This document shows positions 10,378-25,300 of a stretch of 64,000 nucleotides of DNA, piece after piece (positions within the stretch are counted from its first letter, which is position 1; every line of letters begins with the position of its first letter). Source of the stretch: a virus; the IMG/VR virus record IMGVR_UViG_3300023109_001684; one strand, 5' to 3'. Below the pieces are notes generated by a model that was not told the origin of the DNA, made no database searches, and saw only the letters and a program-made list of their open reading frames with translations. Both the position numbers and the translations under genes were made by a program.

Positions 10378-13300
10378 TGGCTTATAATAAAAATCAATCG
10401 CAGAGTCCAGTACCGTTAAATTCTAATGAAAATAGAAAAAGTGTAGATCTTTTACCTAAATATTTTAGAACAAATGCAAATCAAAAAATACTTTCTAGTA
10501 CAATTGATCAAATGTTACAACCAGGTGTTGCAACTAAAGTTGAAGGGTATTATGGAAGAAAGACTGCTAAAAGTTTTAGAGCTAACGACACTTACATAAA
10601 TGATGTAAGTGAGCAACGTCAAAATAGACAACTTGAACCAGCAGCAGTTGTAACTGATGATTTAGGCAATGTACAATTTTATAAAGACTATCCTGATTAT
10701 ATAAACCAAATATCAAACTTTAATGGTAACGTTAGTAATCAAAGTTTATTAAACTCGCAAGAATACTATTCATGGAACCCAAATATTGATTGGGATAAGT
10801 TTGTTAATTTCCGTGAATACTATTGGTTACCGTACGGAGCACAGACAGTTAATGTTGCAGGCGAAAACAACACAGTACAAAGTACATATGTTGTAACCGC
10901 AGAAGAACAAGACGATAATACAGTTTATTTGTTTTCTCCTCCTGGCTTTACACCTAATCCTGATCTTAGACTTTTTAGAGGTCAGAAATATATCTTTGAA
11001 ATTAATACTCCAGGACATCCATTTAGTTTTAACACTAATCTAAACTTTGCAGATGTTCAGTATGAAATAGAAATTGACAATACTGGGACCTACCGATTAC
11101 TTACAGCAGAATCAGCAGGTGAAAGTATAAGTTCAGTATATATTGAAAGTATGAAAGCATTTGATTTAGATGGAAATGAAATTCCACCTGTAAATGTTGA
11201 AGAAGGAACAATAGAACTTACTGTTGCTTACGAAGCACCTGATAGATTATATTATGCAAGTAAAACTAGCATTAATACTAGCGGGCTAGTAAAAGTATTT
11301 GATATTGAAGAAAACACAAGTATTGATATTAATGATATTATTGGAAAGAAAACTTATAGAAGTGCCAATGGTGTTGAATTTACAAATGGATTAAAAGTTG
11401 AGTTTGTAGGAGAAGTATCTCCTACACAGTATGCAACAGGCGCTTGGTATGTTGAAGGCGTTGGTGAAAAAATTAAATTAATTAATGAAGATAATTTAAC
11501 TATTCCTGCTGCATATGTAGACGATATCCAAATTGAATTTGATTCCGAAGGTTTTGATCGTATGCCTTTTGAAAATGCAAATAGTTTTGCTGGAGTAAAA
11601 GATTATATTGTAATTAATAGATCTAGCGTAGATAGAAATCCTTGGAGCAGATATAATAGATGGTTCCACAGAGATGTAATAGAAAAAAGTGCAGAATACA
11701 ATGGACAACCAGCAGTAATTGATCAAACTTTTAGAGCCACACGTCCTATTATTGAATTTGAAGCAGGATTAAAGTTATACCAATATGGTACACAGGCAAA
11801 AAATGATATTGATTTAATTGATACTATTACAAAGGATGTTTTTAGTACTATTGAAGGATCGTTAGGATATAATATTGATGGCGTAGATATATCAGAAGGT
11901 ATGCGTATATTGTTTGCTGCCGATACTGACATATTAGTAAAAAATAAAATATATAAAGTTAATTTTATAACAGTTCAAGATAAAGGACGTATAATAAGTT
12001 TAATTGAAGAAGCTGATACTACTCCTTTAGAAAATGAAACACTATTAATAACAAATGGCACTTTACAAAAAGGTACATCTTGGTATTATGACGGAACAGA
12101 CTGGAAACAAGGTCAAGATAAAACTGCTACAAATCAGCAACCGCTATTTGACTTATTTGACGATACTGGCAATAGTATATCAGATAAAGAATTATATACG
12201 TCGAGCGATTTTACAGGTAATAGTATTTTTTCTTATGTGCAAAATACACAAGAAGCAACAGATAGCGAATTAGGTTTTGGATTATCTTATAAAAATATAG
12301 AAAATCTCGGCGACATACTTTTTGACTTTTCGTTGATAACTGAAAGTTATACATACCAAAATAATACTGTATTATCCACAATAAAAAGTAATGCACTATA
12401 TCTAAAGAAATTTAGAGATAGAACAAATTTTACTAATCAGAATGGATGGAGTAAGGGTAGAAAATTAAGCCAACAAGCAGTTATTAGACAATACATTGCA
12501 GGTGATCAAGTTAATAATTTTGCAGTTGACGTTTTTGATAACAGCGGCTTATTGTTAGATTTAGATGTAAAAGTAATTTTAAATAATAATATTCAAAAGA
12601 AAGATTTACATTATACAATAGACATTATTAATGATGTAGCATTTATAAGATTTGAAAATGATTTATCTGTAGATGACGTTTTACAATTAAATTGTTATAG
12701 TTCTGCAACTGCAAATAGTAACGGCTATTATGAGCTTGCTCATAACTTAGAAAGAAATCCATTAAACGATGATATGGCAAGCTTTACTTTAGGTGAAGTT
12801 ATTGATCATGTTGGTACTATTGTACAAAACACTAACCAATATAACGGTAATGTATACCCTGGATCAAGCAACTTGCGAGATTTAGGCGATGTTGATAGAT
12901 TTGGTACTAGATTTGTAAAACATAGTGGCCCTATCAATTTACCATTATTCCATATTACTAATAAAGAAGCAAATGTAGTAAAGGCTATAAGATATTCTAG
13001 ATTAGAATATGCAAAATTTAAAAGATTGTTTTTACAAACTGCAAATAATTTAGGTTATGACGGTCCAGTAAAACAGACTGTAGATAAAATATTCTCTACT
13101 ATAAATGCAGAAAAAAATGACAGTATGCCATTTTATTTTACAGATATGGTACCGGTATCAGGATACTTACGTACTGAACATAATGTAAGTTCAAGCGATA
13201 CAAATTATTATGCACTAAATGAAATTTTTAGTATAACATCGTTAACTGAAAAAGCAGTGTTAGTATACCTTAATGGATTACAATTAACACATGGTAAAGA

Positions 13301-16300
13301 TTATACATTTAACGATGAAGGTTTTGTTAATATTACAGCTACTAAAGCACCAGGCGATATTATTGAAATCTATGAATATGAATCAACTGATGGATGCTAT
13401 GTTCCAGCAACTCCAACTAAGTTAGGTTTATACCCTAAGTACCAGCCTAAGATTTTTACTGATAATACATACATTGAACCAGTAACAATGATTCAAGGAC
13501 ACGACGGAAGTATTGTTAAAGCATATGACGATTTTAGAGATGATTTAATATTAGAACTAGAATTAAGAATTTTTAATAATTTAAAACAAGCGTATAATAC
13601 TAACCTACTAGACATACATGATTTTATTGGCGGCGAATATAGAGATACTAAGTTTACTAAAAAAGCTATAGACAAATCTTATACTGCTGACTTTATACAA
13701 TGGACTACACTTGCTGGTAATCCTGATTATACTTCAAATGAATATTATATTGAAGGTAATAGTTTTACATATAATTACAAAACTATGATTTCACCACAAG
13801 GTAATCAGTTACCAGGTTGGTGGAGACAGGTTTATATACAAGCATATGATACTGATCGTCCTCACACACACCCTTGGGAAATGTTAGGATTTACAATAGA
13901 ACCAAAATGGTGGAAAGATGAATACGGTCCTTCACCATATACTAGAAGTAACACATTACTTTGGGAAGATTTACAAAACGGTATAATTAGAGATCCGTCT
14001 TCCGCAATAAAATCAAATAAAAAATATTCAAGACCTGGGCTAGTAAACCATATTCCTGTAGATGACACAGGAGTATTATTAAGTCCATTAGAAAGTAACT
14101 TTGCACAAAATTATGTTGCTGGTCCTACAAAAGAATTATTTGGATATGGTGACGGCAACCCAGCAGAAACAGCATGGAGAAAATCAGCTGAATATCCGTT
14201 TGCAGTGTTACTAAGTTGGGTATTAAATCAACCTGCTAAAGTACTAGGTATAGGCTTTGACATTAGTCGTATCAAACGTGATTTAGTTGGAAACCTAGTA
14301 TCAACAAAAACTAATAACTGTATTAGATTAAAAGATATTGTATTTCCTAATACAGTAAAAGATAATACCCGTCAGACAACTAGCGGATTAGTAAATTTTG
14401 TTTATAATTATCTTGCAAGTAATACTACTTCAAATTATAAATCATATCAAAATTTAATATCAAATATTAATAATAGAATATCTTTAAAAGTAGGCGGATT
14501 TACTGAGCAAGAAAAATTTAAATTAATACTAGATTCACGTACACCTTTAAATAAAGGAAATGTATTTGTCCCGCAAGAAAACTATAAAGTATTTTTAAAT
14601 AGCAGCTCACCTGTTACTACGATAAGTTATAGCGGAGTTATAGTTGAAAAACAGTCTAACGGATTTATTATTAGAGGATATGATAGAGAAAAAGCAACTT
14701 TTGAGTACAAACAACCATTTGTAAGAGCAAATGATCCTAGTATTAACATAGGCGGCATAAGCGAAACATTTGTTGAGTGGAGTGAAAGAAAACAGTATGT
14801 TAAATCACAAAATGTTAGATTTTCTGGATCATTTTATAGATGTAAAGAAAGTCATGTAAGTGGAACTACGATAGATGTAGAAAAGTTTCAACAGATTGCA
14901 ACACTTCCACTTATAGGAGGTAGCTCTGCAATACTTAGAAGAGAGTTTACAACACGTGAGTTATCTATACCTTACGGAACATTACTAAAAACTCGACAAG
15001 AAGTAATTGACTTTTTACTAGGATACGAAGCAAGCCTAGTTGAAAAAGGATTTGAGTTTAACTATTACAATGATGAGCTTAGTCAAGTGTCAAATTGGAG
15101 CTTGTCTGTAAAAGAATTCTTATTTTGGACTACACAGAATTGGGCAGCTGGATCAGTTCTGTCATTAAGCCCAGCAGCTTCTGAAATAACATTTTCAAAA
15201 GATTATTGTGTAGTTGACGATATATTTGATAAGTTTTACGATTACTCGTTGTTTAAATCAGACGGTACAAGACTTGACAAATCGTTTACTAGTATTGTAA
15301 GAGATAACCAAAATACTTTTGGAATATTACCAAAGAATACGCAAGACGGCATTTATCATATAAAATTACCACTTGTTCAAAAAGAACATGTAGTTTTACT
15401 AGATAACGAAACAGTATTCGGCGATGTAATTTATGATCAACCTGCAGGTTATAGACAAGAGCGTATTAAAGTTGTTGGATATAAAAGCGACGGCTGGACA
15501 GGCGGCCTAAACATCCCTGGATTTGTTTATGACGAAGCTATTGTAGATGAGTGGACAAGTTACAAAGATTACTCTATTGGCTCATTAGTAAAATATAAAG
15601 AATTTTATTATGTAAGCACAATTGATCTTACTGGAGTTGAAAAATTTAATGAAAATGACTGGGAGCGTTTAGATGAACGTCCTCAGCCAAAGATGTATCC
15701 TAACTTTGATTATCGAATTAATCAGTTTGCAGACTTTTATGATTTAGATAGTGATAACTTTGATGTTGAGCAACAAAAACATGCACAGCATTTAATTGGC
15801 TACCAAAAAAGACAATACCTACAAAATATCATTAACGATGACGTAAGCCAATATAAATTTTATCAAGGAATGATTCAAGATAAAGGTACTATAAATTCTT
15901 TAGATAAGTTATTTGATGCGCTGAGTAGTGCAGATAAAGATAGTATAGACTTTTATGAAGAATGGGCTATTAGAGCAGGTCAGTACGGTGCTACTGATAA
16001 CTTTAATGAAGTTGAATTTATTATCGACGAAGACAAAATTAAAATAGATCCGACTACGGTACAACTAGTAAAAAGTATACCAGCAAATGATACAGACGAT
16101 ATTTACAAAATTATACCAAATGATGTTTATTACAGGCCTAAAGATTATAACCATAAGCCTTTCCCAACAACAAATGCACCCCATATTGGTGTTAAGACTT
16201 CGGGATATGTAAATGACAAAGATGTTGTATACAAAGTAAAAATTAAAGCAGATTTACTTCAAAGTCTTCCTAGCTCAATTGGAATTAGTGATTATGTATG

Positions 16301-19300
16301 GATAACTGGAACTACAGAAGACTGGGACGTACTACAACATATCACTACAGATTACCACGTAACATCAATTGAAGGATTTACTGAACTAGTTGATGCAATT
16401 GATCGCAGTGCTAGTCCAGCTGTTAAAATTACATTTGATAGAACTACTAATTTTATTCCTGGTGATATTGTTGGCTTACAACAAGTTGGTAATGGTAACT
16501 GGGGTTTTTATCAAATAGAAGAAATTAATAATACAGTTGCAATTGCAAGCGTACAAGACAGAACATTAGTTAATGATTCTGAAAACTTAAACGGATATGT
16601 AAGTATTCTTAGAAGTGTTAGAGCTTCGTCATTAGATGAAGCAAACTTAATTTTAGAAAAATTTAAATTACATGACCAAGTAATTTGGTTAGACGGCACA
16701 TCTAATAATGACTGGAAAGTTATAAAGAGGCAAGAAACGTTTACTGATTATAATGTAATTGACAATCCGTACTTGGTTGCTACCGAAACTAACTTTAGCA
16801 ATAGTATGGCAACTAGTTTAGGAAATACAAACTTATTAGTTGGCGACGAGACAGTAGAAGACGGTGTTGTGCATTTCTATTCAAGAGCAAGCAGTTCAAA
16901 TAATTTAAGAAATATGGGTGAGCTTACTCCTGAAACATCGGCAGTATTTGGGATTGGTGTTACTAATGCAAATCCAGGAGTAGTTACAGCAACAGACCAT
17001 AACTTACAATCAGGAGAGTTAGTAAGATTTAAAGAAGTTTCTGGAATGACTGCGCTAAACAATCTTGAATTTTACGCAAACGTAATTAATGAAAATACTA
17101 TCTCAATGTACAGTGACGTCGGATTAACACAATCTATTGATACTACATCATATGGTACATTTATAAGTGGGCTTATACTTAAATCCAACGGCTATAGTTT
17201 AAAATCAAACTTTGGTCATGATGTTGCAATCAGCCCAGATGGTAAGTTAGCAGTAGTTGGTGCACCAAATGCAACTAACATTTCAGATAATATCAAAGGT
17301 GATTTTAGAGAAGCTGGACCTGTTGGAGTTGCAGATGCTGAATATAAGACAGGTGACATTGTTAAATATAATGAAAATTATTGGAAAGCAGTAAGAAATA
17401 TTCCTGCTGAAAATAATGCAATAGAATTTAGTACATTTGACAGTTATGCATTTTTTGAAGAAACTATACAACCTTTACCTGAAACGTTAGTAATTAATTT
17501 TCCTTTAAAAGATGACGGTATTACAGTTGATCAACTTGGATCTTTTGAACAAAAAGAAATTGTAAACGTACAGTCTAATAATGTATCAGCTATCGTTGAA
17601 GATATACAAATTATACTTAATGGTTCTGGTAACAAAGTTGGCGAACGTTTAACACTATCATCACCAACTGGAGACATACAACAAGGTGATCAAATAGTAG
17701 GTAAAGAATCAGGTGCTTCAGGTATAATTAATACTTTAGAAGAAGCTGCACCAGTTAACATTAATAGCAGACAACTTACATTGATATTACAAGGTAATCC
17801 TTATTTGCCAAATAGTGTAACTGATCATATTCTTGTAAGAGCTCCATTAGATCAATACAGGGCAACAAAACCTCAAGATAAGATAGTACTTGGCTGGAAT
17901 CGTTATACAGGATTTAATAGAGCATCTGATCAATATACAAGTACTGAATTATTTACTAATAGTATTTCATTAAACAATACTGGACAACCAGACAGTAATA
18001 ACAAAACATACGTTGCACCAAGATCTAGTTTTATTAATAATGAACATGAAATAATACATAAAGTTGATCATGTACTTTACATTGTAAATCCGTTAATTGT
18101 ACCAGAAGTAAATGATACTGTTGATTGCTCTACTGGATCTGCAAAAGTTGTAAAGGTAATTTCTAAAGTAGACAGATTGGTAGTTTATATAACAGAAACT
18201 AATGGATTTTTCCCAACAGATTCTACAGTATCGCTAGAAAGTGTTGTTATTGGTGATTACACTCAACCAAACAATACGACAAATAACGGCTTAGGCGGCT
18301 TTTGGTATATAGCAGCAGAAGCTGACGGTTACTATAATGGTAACGAATTTTCAGATCTAAGTAAATTTGGAATACCTGCGTATGGCTTAGTATATAAAGA
18401 TGTACTAGTATATGACGAAACTAATGATAGCTATAGTAGTACTAACAGATTTTACTACAATAGTTTAGATAATGTCGGAGCAACACCAAATAAAGAACCT
18501 GGACATTTACAAATACTTTCACATAGAGGCGATGCATACGATGCAGTTTCAGGTGTAAGAGATATTAAAGACAGCAGATGGATAATTAGAGCTCCTGCTG
18601 CTGCGTCCTTTAGTGAAGACGACGAGTTTAGAGTTTGGATTAATACTGAAGAAGGAATTAACGATTTATCTAAATTAGATGGTCAAACAGGTGATCAAGT
18701 TGTACTTAAAGTAAACAACAATGAGCATAATGATTTGCCTCATATAGTAAATGATATTTGGGACGGATATATTGATATCTTATTAACAGCAAAACAAACT
18801 GCTGACATTGATGTACCAAGTGACATTGATACTGATATAAGTGATTATTTTGAACCTAGTGTAGGTGATTATATCGAAGACGGCGTTACAGGCGCTAGAG
18901 CTCAAGTTGTACATTACATTAAAAGAAATATTGCTGATGTAAGAGTATATGTTAAAGATATTACAATTACAAATACAGGATTTCAAAATAGAAATGATAT
19001 TAGGGTTGATTTTACGCCGTATAGTTTAGGGCGTAGACCAATGGGTCAAATACAAAAAGTAAGTATTGCAGGCACAGGACATGATTCATCTTTAGGCAAA
19101 TTCTTAGTCGTAACTGCAAGTACAGCACCTAAGTTTTATGATAGTTCAGAAAACCCAGCTGGATATACACCTGAAAATTACTTTAATTCTAATCCTAGTT
19201 TGTTTACGTTTGATCCACATCCTGATAGTTATGGTTCAACAGACGCTACTAAAGATTTAAATGTATTTGGTTATATAAACAAAGAATATTGGATATATTC

Positions 19301-22300
19301 TGAAAAAACAGACGAAGCAGGAGCAACCCTATCTGCTAGTTATCCTGCTTCAACAAACAGAGATTGGACATTAACAAACAATATTCCTATAATTGGTACT
19401 GGAACTTCAGGATTTTATAATAATTCTGGTGTGTTTATGGTATACACTAAAGCAGGAACAGAATGGCAACGTCGAGGAACGTATACAGTTCCGGTTACAA
19501 CTAATAATGCAGAATATAATCCTGCAAGTCCTCAAACTACAGTTGAGCAATTAGGTAAGCAAGTTGAAATAAGCCAAGAAAAAGATTTGTATAGAATATT
19601 TGTAAGTTCTAAAGATAAAGTTTTTGTTATTAAACACGGTGTTGACAATAATGATATAGAATATAATTTTGCGTTAGACATTGATAATAGATATAGAGGA
19701 ACGTATAGTACATTAGTTCCTTATGCAAAAGACGAAATTGTATTGTTTGAAGGAAATTTATATCAGTCTAAAACTTTTAGTTTTGCAGTTCCAACAACTA
19801 ATACTAATAATTGGATACTACTTGATCAAAACATACAAAACAATTTCTTTGTACCTAATACAAACGTTGGTAACATATATTCAGATACGTTGTTTGATAG
19901 TGTAGATACTGTACTAGACTTTAGTAAAGATATGGCAGTAAGTGAAGATGGTCAAGTACTAGTTATAAGTATACAAACTAATACTACATCGGATGCAGAT
20001 AATAAAGTTGTAATTTATAGATTAAATTCAGAAGGTAGATATATTTGGAGCCAAACACTTGTTGCACCAACAAGTAATACACAATGGGCATCAAGTATCG
20101 ATGTTACTCCTAATGGTAATACACTAGTTGTTGGAGATCCCGGAAATGACGATAACGGATATGATACCGGTAAAGTATATGTTTACACTCGCATTGGTAC
20201 AAGTTTCGTACTTACTGACACATTAATTGGAAACGAAACTGAATTAGCAAGAAAGTTTGGTACAAAAGTAAGTGCTACAGAAGATATCATTGCTATATCA
20301 TCGTTCAACGGAGATATAACAGCTAATACTACATATGATGATGATACGACAATACTTGATAATAGATTTACTAAATTTGTTAATACTCAAATTGATAGCG
20401 GAAGTGTTACACTTTACGAAAAATTTGATAACGGGTATATATTTGCTGAAGAGCTAGAATATAGTAATATAAAATCTAGCAGATTTGCTGAAACTTTATT
20501 AATAAACAGAAATCATATTTACGTAGGCTGTGCAGGACAACCTGCATCAGAAGATGTAATAAACGATGGACAAGTTATTAATTATATTTCACCAAAAGGA
20601 ACAAAATCTTGGAATGTTATCCGCTCAGCTAATCCAGTTGTTGATACAACTAAAATTAGAAAAGTATTCTTATACAATAGAAAAACTGGACAGCTAGTTA
20701 AAAATCTAGACTATGTTGATATACATCAAGGAAAAATTCCAGGTCCTGCAGAACAAGAATTAACTTTTAAAAGTTCTATTGATCTTGCAAAATATAATGT
20801 TACTTCTGATATTAATATATTTAATGATACTGATAATTGGGAATCTAATTATGTAGGAAAATTATGGTGGGACATTAGTACCGCTAGATTCCATAACCAT
20901 TACCAAGGAGAACCATTAGAGCAAGCACAAACATGGCACTCAATGATTAGTACATATTCTATAGATGTGTATGAATGGGTAGAAAGTAGTTTATTACCTT
21001 CAGAATGGGACGCACAGGCCGATACACCAGAAGGGTATGCTAAAGGAATAAGTGGACAAACAAAATACAGTGATGCTGCTTACTCACAAAAATTAACATA
21101 TGATAATGTTAGTAAATCTTTTGGCACAAAGTATTTTTATTGGGTTAAAAACAAACTAACTATACCTAGCGATCAAAGTAGAACTATAAGTGCTGGTCAA
21201 GTATCTTCGTTAATAGGAAATCCAAAAGCTCAAGGATATCAATTTGCAGCATTATTAAGTAATGATAGATTTGTGTTATATAATTGTCAAAGTCTTTTCA
21301 AAGACGATGATATTGTATTGCATGTTGATTATTATACACTTGATAATCAAGAACAGAATATACATACACAGTATCAATTAATATCACAAGGATTAGAAAC
21401 TAGTGAACCGTCTGCTGAAATATCACAAAAATGGATAGACAGTTTAGTAGGATACGATGTCCAAGGACGTCATGTTCCAGATAACGATTTAACAGTTAGA
21501 GAAAAGTACGGAATAAACTATCAGCCAAGACAAAGTTGGTTTATTAATAGACATGAGGCTTTAAAACAAGTTGTCGAAAGAGCAAATTCTGTATTAAAAG
21601 AAAATATTATAGTTGATGATTTTGATTTTACAAGATTGACAAGTAAAGATACTCCACCTAGCACATATAAAAGAGAATACGATGTTGTAATTGATACAAT
21701 TGATGATTTACAATTTGTTGGAACAGCAAAGGCAAGACCTGCGATTGTTGATTTAATAGTTAATGAAGGTGTTGTTACTAGGGCTCGAATACTAGATAGA
21801 GGCAGATCGTACAAAGATATTAACGGTACACTTAAAGGACCGTCGTATAATATTGTAGGTGCAGGATCAGATTTAGAAATTGCTACTACAATTAATAATA
21901 TTGACGGCAGTCTAGCATCGATAGAGATTTTAAATGGCGGCACAAATTTTGAAGATACTACTCAGTTATTATTTAGAAAGTTACGTGTACTAGTTAATAA
22001 TGACGAAACAGCAAACGGACGTTGGTCAATATATGAGTGGAATCATATAGATTTAATATGGGAAAGAGTACAAGTACAGTCTTATAATACTGGTAATTAT
22101 TGGAACTATACAAATTGGTTTGCAGCAGGTTACAATCAATTTACAACTATAAACCATTTAGTTTCACAAAGTTATGAACTAGAAAACGTTGACGATAGAA
22201 TCGGAGATATAACTAAGATTAGTAACATTGGTTCCGGCGGTTGGTTATTATTACAGAAGACTGCTGACACAGGCAGTAGAAATTACACTGACGATTATAC

Positions 22301-25300
22301 TACAATTGGTCGTGAAAATGGAACGATTGAAATTGATCCAGCTGTTTATACAGTTTCAACTAATGCATCGGGATTTGATAGTTTTACATTCGACGGCAAC
22401 TTTTATGATAATGAACCAAATGTTGAAATTAGAAACATATTAGATGCACTAAGGTATGATATTTTAGTAGATAATTTAAGATCTGAGTATAATGAATTAT
22501 TTTTCAGCAGTATACGTTATGTACTAAGTGAGCAACCTAATGTAGATTGGGTATTCAAAACTAGTTTTGTTAAAGCAAAACACAATGTAGGTGAATTAAG
22601 AGAAGACATTACATTTAACAACGATAACTTACCAAGCTATAATGAGTATATTGAGGAAGTAAAACCTTATAAAACAAATATTAGAGAATATCTAAGTTCT
22701 TATGAAAGAACTGACAATACTAATACTCTTACATCAGATTTTGATGTACCGCCGATTTATCAAGACGGTAAAATAGTTCCCAGCAATTTAAAAGTTAGAG
22801 GTAATCAATTTATTGGATCTGAAGGAAGATTTAATGAATACCCTGATAAGAATTGGTATGATAATGCAGGTTATAAAATTACTTCGGTAGAAATTTATGA
22901 TGGCGGCAACAGTTACACTTATCCACCTAAGGTGATCTTTGAAGGTGGCGGCGGCACAGGTGCAGTAGCTCATTCATATATTGCTAGAGGAAAAGTTAAT
23001 AAAATTGAAATAACTAATCCTGGCAGCGGCTATACTAGTGCTCCAACAGTAATTTTAGAAGGTAGTGTTCAAGATGGCGGAGAAACTGCTATTGCTACTG
23101 CAATATTAGGCGAAACACTCACAAAAACAATGCATGTTGCAATGAAGTTTGATAGAACGTCAAAAACTTTTGTATATAACGTATTGCCTGAAATAGAAAC
23201 ATTTACCGGTACTGCTGCAAAATTAGTATTTGATTTAAAATATCCAATGGATCTTAGAACTAATAAACTTGAGATTATTATAGACGGAGAAAAACAATTA
23301 AGAAGTCAGTACACATATGAAAACGTAAAAGATACTACTAAGTCCTATACTAGATCGTTAGGACGTATTAATTTTGTAACTCCCCCTGCACTTAACAGTG
23401 TAATAACTGTAAGTTATTCTAAAGATGTTAGCATGTTAAATGCAGCTGATAGAGTAACTAATTTTTACGACCCAACTACAGGTATGTTAGGCGCTGAATT
23501 ATCACAAGTTATGACAGGTATTGATTTTGGCGGTGTTGAAGTACGTAGCTTTGATTTTGATACTGAGTCAGGATGGGACACTGATGGATGGTTTACAACA
23601 CCATGGGACACATATGATAATACATATGAAGATCATGTTTTTTATGCAGACGGTACAACTATTATAATTGAGTTAGATAGTGCATTAGAAGACGGTGTTA
23701 CATACAATATATACAGAAATGGTGTTAGAATAGATGATTCTAATTACCCAGCTAATCCTACAAATCCTAATGCTATTATGACTTCGATTGTAGGAGACGG
23801 CCAACAAACGTTGATAAATCTCGCAGAATTAGGTATAGATCTAAATACTGACGATATCTTAATTGTACGCAAAATTACAAGTGAAGGTACAGTAAATCCT
23901 GATACTGATAGTTATGATACACAACTTAGTGGCGGCCAATTAAATTATGGTAATGCCGGCGGAACAGCTTCTGAAGATATTATAGTAGACGGAGACTTAT
24001 TTGTAACTCCGAACAACGCAGCTGGCACTGAAGAACTAGTTGCAGGACAAGTACTAGATACAGTAGATATAAAAGTATTTGAAAGATCAGGTACTGGCAC
24101 AGGACAAATATATAGCCAAAACTTTATTACAGACGGCACAACAGTTTATGATTTAGTAATACAACCAAATAGTCCTGATGCAGTTATTGTTAAGATTAAC
24201 TCTAATATAGTCCATGACTATACTATAGATCTTAAACAGAATACATTAACGTTTACATCAGCACCTACTGTAGATCAACTATTAACAATTTTAACAATTG
24301 GTAAAAACGGACAAAATATATTAGATATTGACTCTCACGTTGCTGACGGTAGTACTACTATTTTTGAAACAAGTGTTGCATGGCAAGATGATCTTCAAAT
24401 TGTTACTACAATAGACGGAGAAGCACATTCACCAGAAGCAGTAAATGCACGTAAGAGTGCTAATAATCGAGTAGAGTTTGAATTTACAGTTAGTACAGAA
24501 GCAGGCTCCACACTAGAGTATGAAATTTATAGTAACAAAGATGAAATTAATTATAGTAAAGTTGCTAAATCTGTATTAGTAGCAACAGGCGGCACTAAAA
24601 CATATACGTTACCTGTAACTCCGTTGTATAGTAAGCCTGAAGGATTTTATACAATAGTTGAAGTTGACAATAAAGTGTTAATGCCAGGATATAGTAGACA
24701 GTTTACTATAGACAGCCCGTTAACAAGAGAATATGAATTTGAAAAATTCCAAGTAGCAGTATCTACATTACAACCGTCATTACTTAAAGTTTATCTCAAC
24801 GATACATTATTAAACCAAGGAACACAATATCTTGTAAACATTGGTAATTCAAGTATTATACTTGATCCGGGTATATTAAAATTAGGTGATAAGCTCGAGT
24901 TGTTTACAATGGATTTAGCTGATTACATAATTGAAGGTAATGTGTTAACATTTACAGATAACTTTGCTGGACCACAACAAGACGATATAATTAATGTTTA
25001 CACATTTAGTAATCACGGTGTTAACGAAATAGAAAGATATTCGTATACAGCGTTAGCACGTAGTAGTTTAACTGTAGGAACAGATGAGTTTACTCGCTTC
25101 CATAGTATTTTAGGAGGTAAGATTAGACTTAATGATCCTGCTATAGCATCGCAGTACGTTTGGACAATTATAAACGGTGAACTATTACAACCAAATGTTG
25201 ATTATTCATTAAGTGATGACAAACAGCATGTAATACTTAATACCCAATTAACAGAAAATGACACTGTAGATGTTATACATTTCTCAGCTCCATTATCTAC

